Shown piece by piece: positions 42,681-50,799 of a DNA stretch of 64,000 nt. Origin of the DNA: an uncultured Actinomycetes bacterium (GTDB taxonomy: Bacteria > Actinomycetota > Thermoleophilia > Gaiellales > JAICJC01); assembly GCA_963709425.1 (NCBI GenBank), contig CAVPWG010000002.1, forward strand, positions 134,499 through 198,498, given 5' to 3'. Made by a program: the position numbers and the translations under genes. Position 1 is the stretch's first letter; each line of letters starts with the position of its first letter. The notes under the pieces are model-generated. The model saw nothing but the letters and a program-made list of their open reading frames with translations, ran no database searches and was not told the origin of the DNA.

Positions 42681-43442
42681 TTGGGGCTGGCGCTGACGGT
42701 GCTCGGCGGGAGCCCGGCCTGGCCGAACCCCGGACAGGCGGCGAGCGGCTACGTCGTCGAGAGCGCGCGGTCGCGCGTGCTCCTGGACTGCGGGTCGGGG
42801 ATAGCCTCCGAGCTTCGCGCCCACGATCCGGGGCCGCTCACCGACATCGTGATCAGCCACTTCCACGCCGATCACTGGTTCGATCTCGTCCCGCTCCACT
42901 ACGCCTACCGGTACGGCTCCTGGAGCGACCGGCCCCGGGCATCGCTCCACCTCCCACCGGGCGGGCGCAGCGTCCTCGACCGGGTGGCGGCCGTGTGGGA
43001 CGGGTCGGTCGAGACGTTCGAGGCGGCCTGGGACGTCGAGGAGTACGACCCGCAGCTCGACATGCGCCTCGGCGACATGCGCTTCACCTTCGCTCCGAGC
43101 CTGCACTACACGACGTGCTACTCGGTCAAGATCGACGCCGGCGGCTCGACGATCGCCTACTCAGCCGACACCGCGCCCACCGAGCGGCTGGCCAGGTTCG
43201 CCCACGGCGCCGACCTCTTCCTGTGCGAGGCGTCGCTGAAGGACGCGAGGGGCGATTCGACCGAGCGCGGGCATATGGACGCGACCGAGGCGGGCCGCGA
43301 GGCGGCCCGCGCCGGTGTGAAGCGGCTCCTCCTGACCCACGTCCCGGCCGAGAACGGCAACGAGTCCGTCATCGAGAGGGCCGCGGCCGAGTACTCGGGT
43401 CCGATCGAGATCGCCCACCCGGGCCTGCGCATCGAGGTCTGA
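42681..43442 (+). CDS. MBL-fold metallo-hydrolase
   Basis: ORF 42681..43442 (TTG start). Canonical ISHFHADH motif and the later LLLTHV. Confidence 0.8.
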   Translation: MGLALTVLGGSPAWPNPGQAASGYVVESARSRVLLDCGSGIASELRAHDPGPLTDIVISHFHADHWFDLVPLHYAYRYGSWSDRPRASLHLPPGGRSVLDRVAAVWDGSVETFEAAWDVEEYDPQLDMRLGDMRFTFAPSLHYTTCYSVKIDAGGSTIAYSADTAPTERLARFAHGADLFLCEASLKDARGDSTERGHMDATEAGREAARAGVKRLLLTHVPAENGNESVIERAAAEYSGPIEIAHPGLRIEV

Positions 43443-43449
43443 TGCAAGA

Positions 43450-43470
43450 ACGGGGCTGACCCCGTGTTTG
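43450..43470. terminator. hairpin between convergent genes (possible bidirectional terminator)
   Basis: ACGGGG-ctga-CCCCGT followed by GTTTG. It sits in the 30-nt gap between the stops at 43442 (+) and 43473 (-). Confidence 0.55.
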
Positions 43471-43472
43471 CG

Positions 43473-44876
43473 CTAGCTGGTCAGGGTCACGCGGGAGATG
43501 CCGAGCAGGCCCTCGGCGGCCTTCTCGGCCGTGCGCTGGAGGCTCTCCGACATCGACGGGTTGACCGCCGCCGTCTCCGCCAGCACCTGCACCGAGAGCC
43601 TGGCGTGCACGGCCAGGGCCACCGCCGTGATCACCTCTGACGCGCGGAAGCCCACCATCGCGCCGCCCAGGATCGTCCCGTCGCCCGGGTCGGAGATGAG
43701 CTTGATCATCCCGTCGGTCTCGCCCTCCATGACCGCGCGCGGATTGGCGCGGATCAGGTGCTTCGTCACCCGCACCGGGACGCCGTCCAGCCGCGCCTGG
43801 CGCTCCGAGATCCCGGCCTTTGCGATCTCGGGCCGGGTGAACACGCACCACGCGACGCCGGAGTAGGCGACCGGCTCGATCTCGATGCCGAGCGCGTGCA
43901 GCGCCGCCGTTCGGCCGTGCACGGCCGCGGTGTTGGCGAGCATCACCTGCCCGGTCACGTCGCCGCACGCGTAGATGTGGCCCACGTTCGTGCGGCAGAA
44001 CTCGTCGACCGGGAGCGTGCCACGGTCGCCGAACTCGACCCCGGCCGCGTCGAGCCCCAGGCCGTGGGTGTTCGGCCGCATCCCGATGCAGAGCAGCACG
44101 TGAGAGCTCGTGAGATCGCGCCCGTCCTCCAGCACGAGCCTGACGAGGTCGCCCTCCTCGGTGTCGATCGCCGAGGCGCGCCCGTTCTCGATCACGTCCA
44201 TCCCGCGGCGCAGGAACACCTCCTCGAGCACCTCGGCCAGGTCCGGGTCGTCGCTCGGGAGGAGCTGATCGCGGGCCGAGACGAGCGTGACGCGCGAGCC
44301 GCAACGCGAGAAGAAGTCGGCGAACTCGCACCCCGTGGGGCCGGCGCCCAGGACGACCAGGTGCTCGGGCAGGTCGCGCAGCTCGAACACCTGCCGGGTC
44401 GTCAGCACGCGGCCGGCGTCCGGCCGTGCGAAGGGCGGGACGAACGGCGAGGCGCCGGTGCAGACGAGGAGCGAATCGAACTCGAGCTCGTGGTCGCGGC
44501 CGTCGACGTTGGCGACCAGCGTGTTCGGGCCGGTGACCCGACCGCGGCCCGGGAGCACCCGCACGTTCATGCCGTCCATTCGCTCGCGCACGCCCCGGCT
44601 CTGGTGGAGCGCCACCGCGCGCGCGCGTGCCAGCGTGCGGCGCAGATTGACCGACGGGAAGCCCTGCACGAAGTCGAGCCCGGCCTCCTCGGCACGGGCC
44701 ACCTCGAGCATCGCGTCGGCCGTCGTGAGCAGCGTCTTCGACGGGATCGCGTCGGTCATCGTGCAGTTCCCGCCGAGCGACAGCTCCTCGACCAGCGTCA
44801 CCTCCCCGCCCACGTGTGCGGCCGCCGAGGCGGCGGCATAACCGGCGGGGCCGCCGCCAAGGATGACGAGCTTCAT
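43473..44876 (-). CDS. pyridine nucleotide-disulfide oxidoreductase family flavoprotein (LpdA-type NAD(P)H dehydrogenase lacking the redox disulfide)
   Basis: ORF 43473..44876. MKLVILGGGPAGY FAD motif and a second VVLGAGPTGCE motif. The active-site stretch GGNCTMTDAIPSK has only one Cys (C-x4-A instead of C-x4-C). Confidence 0.85.
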   Translation of the reverse strand: MKLVILGGGPAGYAAASAAAHVGGEVTLVEELSLGGNCTMTDAIPSKTLLTTADAMLEVARAEEAGLDFVQGFPSVNLRRTLARARAVALHQSRGVRERMDGMNVRVLPGRGRVTGPNTLVANVDGRDHELEFDSLLVCTGASPFVPPFARPDAGRVLTTRQVFELRDLPEHLVVLGAGPTGCEFADFFSRCGSRVTLVSARDQLLPSDDPDLAEVLEEVFLRRGMDVIENGRASAIDTEEGDLVRLVLEDGRDLTSSHVLLCIGMRPNTHGLGLDAAGVEFGDRGTLPVDEFCRTNVGHIYACGDVTGQVMLANTAAVHGRTAALHALGIEIEPVAYSGVAWCVFTRPEIAKAGISERQARLDGVPVRVTKHLIRANPRAVMEGETDGMIKLISDPGDGTILGGAMVGFRASEVITAVALAVHARLSVQVLAETAAVNPSMSESLQRTAEKAAEGLLGISRVTLTS

Positions 44877-44898
44877 CGCGGCAGTTTACGATCTCCGC

Positions 44899-46077
44899 AT
44901 GAGCCGGCTCGCTTCCACCCTTGACGTCGCCGGGATCCGTGCCGGCTTTCCCTCGATCGACGGAGACCGCGTCTTCCTCGACAACCCCGGCGGCACCCAG
45001 GTGCACCGGTCGGTCTATGACGCCGTCGAGAGCTACTACCGCGACACGAACGCCAACCTCGGCGGGCCGTTCGTGACCTCCAAGGCCAGCGACCGGATCC
45101 TCGAGGAGGCGCGCTCCGAGGCCGCAGCCTTCCTCGGCGCCTCGCCGGCCGAGATCGTGTTCGGCGCCAACATGACGACACTCACGATGCACGCCTCCCG
45201 GATCCTCTGCCGCGGGCTTGGTCCCGGCGATGAGATCCTGGTGACGGGCCTCGACCACGACGCCAACGTCGCCCCGTGGATGCTCGCCGCCGGCGATCGC
45301 GGCGTCACGATCCGCCAGGCCGGCATCGACACCGAGTCGTGCCTCGTCGACGTGGACGACTTCGCCTCCAAGCTCTCGGGCCGGACGCGCGTGGCGGCGT
45401 TCGGATGGGCCTCGAACGGGGCCGGAACGATCAACGACGTCGCCCGGCTCACCGCGCTCTGCCGCGAGGCCGGCGCGCTGTCCTACATCGACGCCGTCCA
45501 CTACGCGCCGCACGGCGCGATCGACGTCTCCGCGATCGGGTGCGACTTCCTGGTGTGCTCGGCCTACAAGTTCTTCGGGCCGCACGTCGGGATCCTCTAC
45601 GGACGCTCCGAGCTGCTCGAGCAGCACCGCCCCTACAAGGTGCGGCCGGCGCCGGACGAGCCGCCCCACTCGTGGGAGACGGGGACGATCAACCTCGAGG
45701 GCATCGCCGGGACGGCCGCCGCCATCGGCTACCTCCGCGGCCTCGGGATCGACCGGATCGCCGCCTACGAACGCGACCTGAGCGCCCGCCTGCTGGAGGG
45801 CCTCGAGAGCATCGCCGGCGTCACCGTGTACGGCACCCGCGACCTCGACCGGCGCTGCCCGACCTACGCGTTCAACGTGGCCGGGAAGCACCCCGCCGCG
45901 GTCGCCGCGGCCCTCGCCGAGCGCAACATCTTCGTCTGGGACGGCAACTACTACGCCCTCGAGCTGATGCAGCGGCTCGGGATCGACGACTCCGGCGGAG
46001 CCGTGCGGGTCGGCGCCGTTCACTACAACACGATCGAGGAGATCGACGCCTTCCTGGAGGGTGTCGCCTCCGTGTAG
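44899..46077 (+). CDS. class-V aminotransferase / cysteine desulfurase-family protein
   Basis: ORF 44863..46077. Start at ATG 44899 (MSRLASTLDV). Has SAYKFFGPH (PLP Lys) and HYNTIEEID. Confidence 0.8.
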   Translation: MSRLASTLDVAGIRAGFPSIDGDRVFLDNPGGTQVHRSVYDAVESYYRDTNANLGGPFVTSKASDRILEEARSEAAAFLGASPAEIVFGANMTTLTMHASRILCRGLGPGDEILVTGLDHDANVAPWMLAAGDRGVTIRQAGIDTESCLVDVDDFASKLSGRTRVAAFGWASNGAGTINDVARLTALCREAGALSYIDAVHYAPHGAIDVSAIGCDFLVCSAYKFFGPHVGILYGRSELLEQHRPYKVRPAPDEPPHSWETGTINLEGIAGTAAAIGYLRGLGIDRIAAYERDLSARLLEGLESIAGVTVYGTRDLDRRCPTYAFNVAGKHPAAVAAALAERNIFVWDGNYYALELMQRLGIDDSGGAVRVGAVHYNTIEEIDAFLEGVASV

Positions 46078-46094
46078 CCGGTATCGTCTGGTAC

Positions 46095-46484
46095 ATGAAG
46101 GTCGGGGCGCTCGCGGGGGCGCTGGCTGCGGTTTCGCTGGCGGCAGTCCTCCTGTGGACGTCCACACGCGGGGCGCACCACCAGGCCGCGCCGCCGCCCC
46201 GCACGGCCGCGGCGCCCGATCGTCTGCCGACCCTGGCCGAGGGCTCCCTGCCCTGTTCGGCGAAGCGGACGGCGACCCTGACCGCCGGCCTGGTCCAGGC
46301 CCGGGCAGACACCCATGCGTCGCTCGCAGGCGTGCGCGCGGGCACGGTGCAGCCGGGCACGCTGACCGACGCCATCGGCAACTGGATGACCGCGGTCAGG
46401 GACGCGCGTCGGTGCCTCGGACCGCGGGCTGCGATCACCGAGAACCGGGCGATCGACCGCGTGCTGCTTCAGGTGCGTGGGTGA
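46095..46484 (+). CDS. hypothetical protein with N-terminal signal/anchor
   Basis: Tail of ORF 45276..46484, from ATG 46095 (MKVGALAGALAAVSLAAVLLW). No family recognised. Confidence 0.45.
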   Translation: MKVGALAGALAAVSLAAVLLWTSTRGAHHQAAPPPRTAAAPDRLPTLAEGSLPCSAKRTATLTAGLVQARADTHASLAGVRAGTVQPGTLTDAIGNWMTAVRDARRCLGPRAAITENRAIDRVLLQVRG

Positions 46485-46493
46485 CCCGGGGAG

Positions 46494-46877
46494 CTAGCTT
46501 CCCGCTGCGGCCTCCGTGATCCAATCCCCGTAGTCGTCCGCCCCGGTCGGCTGGGCGCCGACGCACACGATCCGGGTGCCGGGTTCGAGCGGACGGTAGG
46601 TCCGCCTCGCCATCGGGTTGGGCGCCGAGACGACGTCGCCCGGCCCGGCCTCCACCGTCTCATCGCCGATCTCGAAGGCCGCCCGGCCGGCGACCACGAT
46701 ATAGACCTCCTGCTGCCCGCTCTCGGATTCGTCGTGCTCGATGTCGAACTCTTCGCCGGGATCGCAAACGATCGCGCTGATCCCGAACCCTCCGACTTCC
46801 AGCGGGCCGTTCAGCGGCTGCCAGCGGCCGTACCCGGTGGCGATGGTCGGATGGGCGGTCAAGTCGACGGCGGGCAT
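46494..46877 (-). CDS. cupin domain protein
   Basis: ORF 46494..46877. Strong SD GAGGAGAGGAG. Has EHDESESGQQEVYIVVAGRAAFEIGDE...GPGDVVSAP. Confidence 0.7.
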   Translation of the reverse strand: MPAVDLTAHPTIATGYGRWQPLNGPLEVGGFGISAIVCDPGEEFDIEHDESESGQQEVYIVVAGRAAFEIGDETVEAGPGDVVSAPNPMARRTYRPLEPGTRIVCVGAQPTGADDYGDWITEAAAGS

Positions 46878-46923
46878 GGGGCTCCTCTCCTCGGATGCGG
46901 AGACGAATTCATACTCCCGTGAA

Positions 46924-46949
46924 CTACATACTTGCAGATGTATCTGTAG
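46924..46949. promoter_or_regulatory. AT-rich imperfect palindrome in the largest intergenic gap (candidate operator for the cupin gene)
   Basis: CTACATAC-ttgcagat-GTATCTGTAG, with arms complementary apart from a 2-nt bulge. It lies in an AT-enriched stretch (46,890-46,950) of a 174-nt spacer. TATGAAT lies on the minus strand between it and the gene. Confidence 0.3.
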
Positions 46950-47051
46950 GTGGCCGCGGCGGGGCTGGCCGTCGCGCTGCGCCGCTTCAGCTGGGTGCCG
47001 GGAACGAGTCGAGCGGGGTGAGCCTCAGGACGGGTGCGGGCGGGCTCGATC

Positions 47052-47717
47052 TCACTCGAACAGCGTGAGCTCCGGCGCGGCCTCGCCCTTCAGGACATCG
47101 AAGTCGAGCGCGACGAACGCGAATCCGCGCGCCTCGCACATCACCTGGGCCTGCGGCGCGATCTCGGGCGCGACCAGGATCCCGCGGCACGGGCTGTGGG
47201 CGGGATCGAGGTCGACGCGCTCGCAGTAGCGGGTCAGCTGCTCGACGTGCGCTGCGACGGCCCGCGTGCGCTTCACCTCGACGACCACCGTCCGGCCCTC
47301 CGCATCGCGGCAGAACAGGTCGATCGGCCCGGTGTCGGTGGGCCGCTCGCGCTGTACCACGACGAGGCCCGGCTCGATCGTCTCCGGCGCCCGCTCAAGC
47401 AGCCGGTGGATCTGGAGCTCGGCGTCCTCCCGCTCGAGCACGGCATCGTCGTCGAGCTCGTGGCTGGCGTCCTCGTGCACCTCCTCGACCACGATGACGA
47501 GCGTCTCGTCGGACGCCGCCCGGTAGACGCGGATGACGTCGCCCTCCTCCTTCACCGTCGTCGGCCCGGGCATGTAATTGAGCGGCTTGTAGCCCCTCTC
47601 CGCATGCACGCAGAGCGAGCCGTCGTCCTTGAACAGGATGACGCGGTCGCCGGCGCCGAGTCGCGTGGTCGCGCGGCCGTGATAGGCGATCTCGCAGCGG
47701 GCGACGAGGATCCTCAC
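47052..47717 (-). CDS. nucS: endonuclease NucS (EndoMS, mismatch-specific)
   Basis: ORF 47052..47717. MRILVARCEIAYHGRATTRL...IDLFCRDAEGRTVVVEVKR...GILVAP matches the NucS pattern. Confidence 0.92.
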   Translation of the reverse strand: MRILVARCEIAYHGRATTRLGAGDRVILFKDDGSLCVHAERGYKPLNYMPGPTTVKEEGDVIRVYRAASDETLVIVVEEVHEDASHELDDDAVLEREDAELQIHRLLERAPETIEPGLVVVQRERPTDTGPIDLFCRDAEGRTVVVEVKRTRAVAAHVEQLTRYCERVDLDPAHSPCRGILVAPEIAPQAQVMCEARGFAFVALDFDVLKGEAAPELTLFE

Positions 47718-47736
47718 CGCTCGGACCCTACTTCCG

Positions 47737-48246
47737 TCACAGGTCGCTCGGAAGGCACGACCACATCTCGAGATCCTCGCGCACGTCCTTCTTCACGTGC
47801 AGCGAGCGCAGCACGCCCTCGTGGACGTATCCGCATTTGGCGGCGACCCGCTTCGACGCCTCGTTCTCGACGCTGATCAGGAGCTCGAGCCGCATGAGCC
47901 CCCGCTCGGCAAACCCCCAGACCGTCAGAAGCCTGAGCGCCTCCGTCGCCACTCCCCGCCCGCGCGCAGACGGCGCGACGACGTAGCCGAGCTCACCCCT
48001 CCCCGCCTCGGCCTCGATCCCGAACGCCATCACGCAGCCGAGAAACTCGCCGCCCCCGTCCACGATCGCGAACGCCTCGCTCGTGCCGTCGCGGCGCCCC
48101 TCCTCGTAGCGTTCGAGCCACGTGCGGGGAAAGTCGGGCGGCGCCGGCACAGGGAGCCGCGTGAACCGCTCGACGTCGGGATCGGTGAGCATCGCCGCGA
48201 ACGCCGCCAGGTGGCGCGTGTCGAACAGCATCAGCCCGATCCCCAT
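47737..48246 (-). CDS. GNAT-family N-acetyltransferase
   Basis: ORF 47737..48246. GYVVAPSARGRGVATEALRLL is the acetyl-CoA binding motif (Q/RxxGxG/A). Confidence 0.85.
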   Translation of the reverse strand: MGIGLMLFDTRHLAAFAAMLTDPDVERFTRLPVPAPPDFPRTWLERYEEGRRDGTSEAFAIVDGGGEFLGCVMAFGIEAEAGRGELGYVVAPSARGRGVATEALRLLTVWGFAERGLMRLELLISVENEASKRVAAKCGYVHEGVLRSLHVKKDVREDLEMWSCLPSDL

Positions 48247-48262
48247 CGCGTTTCAGCCTAGT

Positions 48263-48302
48263 GTGTCGGCCAGGTGTCGAATTTGTCGCTCCCCGTTTGT
48301 CG
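48263..48302 (+). repeat. four copies of (G/T)TGTCG in the yciI-sigma upstream region
   Basis: GTGTCG at 48263 and 48274, TTGTCG at 48283 and 48297 (spacings 11, 9 and 14 nt). They lie 32-71 nt upstream of the yciI ATG. Confidence 0.3.
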
Positions 48303-48333
48303 TACCTGTGACCACACCGAAAAGGAGGACGCG

Positions 48334-48693
48334 ATGAAGTACATGCTGTTGATCTATCAGGGCACCACCCCGCTCCCCGGCACACCCGAGTGGGACGCGC
48401 TCTCGCAGGAGGAGCAGGGCGCCGTCTACGCCGCGTACGGTGAGCTCAACGCCACCCCCGGCTTCACCCCCGGCGACGCGCAGATGCAGCACCCCGAGAC
48501 GGCCACGACCGTGCAGGTGAAGGACGGGAAGACGCTCACGACCGACGGACCGTTCGTCGAGATCAAGGAAGCCGTCGGCGGGTACGGCTTCTTCGAGGCG
48601 GATGACCTCGATGCCGCCATCGCCCTGGCCGCGAAGATCCCGGCCGCGAGCATGGGCGGCGCGATCGAGGTGCGCCCGCTGGTGGAGCGCTAG
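48334..48693 (+). CDS. YciI-family (DGPF-domain) protein
   Basis: ORF 48274..48693. Start at ATG 48334 after AAAAGGAGG. Has MKYMLLIYQG...TDGPFVEIKEAVGGYGFFE...IEVRPL. Confidence 0.85.
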   Translation: MKYMLLIYQGTTPLPGTPEWDALSQEEQGAVYAAYGELNATPGFTPGDAQMQHPETATTVQVKDGKTLTTDGPFVEIKEAVGGYGFFEADDLDAAIALAAKIPAASMGGAIEVRPLVER

Positions 48694-48696
48694 GCC

Positions 48697-49863
48697 ATTC
48701 TCGAGCAGGTCTTCCGCGACGAGTGGGCGCGCGTCCTCGCTGGGCTCATCGGCTTCCTCGGCGACTTCGACCTCGCCGAGGAAGCCACCCAGGAGGCGTT
48801 CGCCATCGCCGCCGAGCGCTGGCCGCGCGACGGCGTCCCCCGTAACCCGGGCGCCTGGCTCACAACGACCGCGCGGAACCGTGCCGTCAATCGCATCAAC
48901 CGCGACCGCACGCTGCTCGCGAAGACGCGGCTCCTGGAGGTGCCGGAGGCAGTGGAGGACACCGTGGACGAGACGACGTTTCCCGACGAGCGGCTCGAGC
49001 TGATCTTCACCTGCTGCCATCCGGCGCTCTCGACCGAGGCGCAGGTGGCCCTCACCCTGCGGACACTCGGCGGCCTCGACACCGGCGAGATCGCCCGCGC
49101 CTTCCTCGTTCCCGAGCCGACGATGGCGCAGCGCCTTGTGCGGGCCAAGCGGAAGATCGCGGCCGCCGGGATCCCGTTCCGGGTCCCGCCGGACGACGTC
49201 CTGCCAGACCGGCTGATCGCCGTGCTGGCGGTCGTCTACCTGATCTTCAACGAGGGCTACGGCGGCCGCGGCGACCTGGCCGGCGAGGCGATCCGGCTGG
49301 GCCGGGCGCTGGCCGAGCTCATGCCCGACGAGCCCGACGTGCACGGCCTCGTGGCGCTGATGCTCCTCCTCGAAGCCCGCCGCGCAGCCCGGTTTCGCGA
49401 CGGCGAGGTCGTGCTGCTCGAGGATCAGGACAGCTCGCTCTGGGACGCCGGGCAGATCGCCGCGGGTCGGGCGGCACTCGACCGGGCGCTGGCCCTGCAC
49501 GGCCGCGGGCCGTACATCGTGCAGGCGGCAATCGCGTCACTCCACGCCGACGAGCCTCGCGACTGGCCGCAGATCGCCCTGCTCTACGAGGAGCTCTCGC
49601 GCCTCACCGGCTCCCCGATCGTCGAGCTGAGCAGAGCGGTGGCGGTCGCCGAGGCGCACGGACCGGAGGCGGGCCTGGCGATCGTCGACCGCCTCGACCT
49701 CGACGATTACCATTATCTCCACGCGACACGCGGCGACCTGCTCGGCCGGCTCGGCCGCACGGCGGAGAGCCGCGACGCGTACGGACGAGCACTCGAGCTC
49801 GTCCATGACGACGGCGAGCGGCGGCTGCTCGAGCGGCGTCTGGCTGAGATCGGAACATCGTGA
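48697..49863 (+). CDS. ECF-type RNA polymerase sigma factor with long C-terminal TPR-like extension (no canonical start codon)
   Basis: The frame is open from 48694, directly after the yciI TAG. It reads [68 protein letters not shown] (sigma regions 2.1-2.4), then region 4 ([19 protein letters not shown]), then about 200 aa more. The first ATG/GTG/TTG is at 48940, inside the protein. ATT 48697 lies 9 nt after GGAG. Confidence 0.8.
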   Translation: MLEQVFRDEWARVLAGLIGFLGDFDLAEEATQEAFAIAAERWPRDGVPRNPGAWLTTTARNRAVNRINRDRTLLAKTRLLEVPEAVEDTVDETTFPDERLELIFTCCHPALSTEAQVALTLRTLGGLDTGEIARAFLVPEPTMAQRLVRAKRKIAAAGIPFRVPPDDVLPDRLIAVLAVVYLIFNEGYGGRGDLAGEAIRLGRALAELMPDEPDVHGLVALMLLLEARRAARFRDGEVVLLEDQDSSLWDAGQIAAGRAALDRALALHGRGPYIVQAAIASLHADEPRDWPQIALLYEELSRLTGSPIVELSRAVAVAEAHGPEAGLAIVDRLDLDDYHYLHATRGDLLGRLGRTAESRDAYGRALELVHDDGERRLLERRLAEIGTS

Positions 49864-50207
49864 AGGCGGCGAACCTGACACTTCGGTTCTTCCTCGAGCT
49901 GGCTGCCCTGGCCGCGCTCGCCTACTGGGGCTGGGGCGTCACGTGGGTGCTCGCCTTCGCAGCGCCGGCCGCCTGGATCGTGCTGTGGGCGACGTTCGGG
50001 TCGCCCAAGGCGAGGGTGAAGCTCTCCACTCCGTGGCGCGTCGTGTTCGAAGCGGTCGTGTTCGGCGCCGCCGCCGCCGCGCTGTGGGCGGCGGGACAGG
50101 AGGTCTGGGCCGTCGTGCTCGCAGCCGCCTGGGCGGCGAACCGGGCGCTGCTCGGGGCTCTCGGCGGCTCGGTGCACTCGGCCGACCCGAGTCGCGACCC
50201 AGGCTGA
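49860..50207 (+). CDS. small membrane protein (YrdB/DUF2568-like)
   Basis: ORF 49860..50207. GTGA overlap with the sigma stop. Has [18 protein letters not shown] and four hydrophobic helices. Confidence 0.6.
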   Translation: MKAANLTLRFFLELAALAALAYWGWGVTWVLAFAAPAAWIVLWATFGSPKARVKLSTPWRVVFEAVVFGAAAAALWAAGQEVWAVVLAAAWAANRALLGALGGSVHSADPSRDPG

Positions 50208-50254
50208 CCGGGACCCGCGGACAGGCCGGCTGCCCGCGGAATAGACTCGCCGGG

Positions 50255-50748
50255 GTGGCCGTCACGCCCCTCCTTCAGGGTCTCGAGATCATCCAGGTCG
50301 CCGTCGTGGTACGCGACCTGGAGGCATACGCCACCCGCCAGTCCAGGCTGCTCGGGAACGGGCCATGGCGGGTCTACGAGTTCGGCCCGCACATGATGGT
50401 GCGGTACGAGCACCGCGGAGTGCCGGCGAGCGGAAGAACGCTGGTGGCGCTGAACGACACCCATCCCCAGATCGAGATCCTCCAGCCGCTTTCGGGGCGG
50501 TCGATTCATCAGGACTGGCTCGACGAGCACGGGGAGGGTCTGCACCACGTCGGAGCGGTCGTCGAGTCCGTCGATGCCGCCGTCGCCGCCGCGAACACGA
50601 CCACGTGGGCGTGCTGTCGAGCGGTGAGGGCTTCGGAGCCGACGGAAGCGGGAAGTTCGCGTACCTCGACACCCAGAGCCGGCTGGGGATGATCTTCGAG
50701 GTGATCGAGCCGCCGACCGGCCTCGGCGAGCCGGCCAGGCGGCTCTGA
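50255..50748 (+). pseudogene. VOC/glyoxalase-family protein, frameshifted near 50586-50593
   Basis: ORF 49805..50692, from GTG 50255, gives VAVTPLLQGLEIIQVAVVVRDLEAY...LDEHGEGLHHVGAVVESVDAAVAAA and then junk. ORF 50365..50748 supplies EHDHVGVLSSGEGFGADGSGKFAYLDTQSRLGMIFEVIEPP. Confidence 0.7.
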
Positions 50749-50799
50749 GCAGTCCGCCGTGTCGGCCGCCGGCGACAGCCTGGCTACGATACCGCCGCC

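Noticed and set aside
43369-46167. A very long minus-strand ORF (932 aa). Similar giant ORFs are 59635..62070 (811 aa), 50509..52122 (537 aa), 14986..16656 (556 aa), 36224..37003 and 625..1338.
   Set aside because: They are Arg/Gly/Pro/Ala-rich with no recognisable motifs. Each lies antisense to or out of frame with genes that have clear family signatures. These are typical shadow ORFs of a ~70% GC genome.
47052-47717. A link between the many frameshifts and a defective NucS non-canonical mismatch-repair system.
   Set aside because: nucS is full-length and its motifs are intact in this window. A mutator phenotype would also give substitutions and multi-lesion pseudogenes, not almost exclusively +1 insertions.
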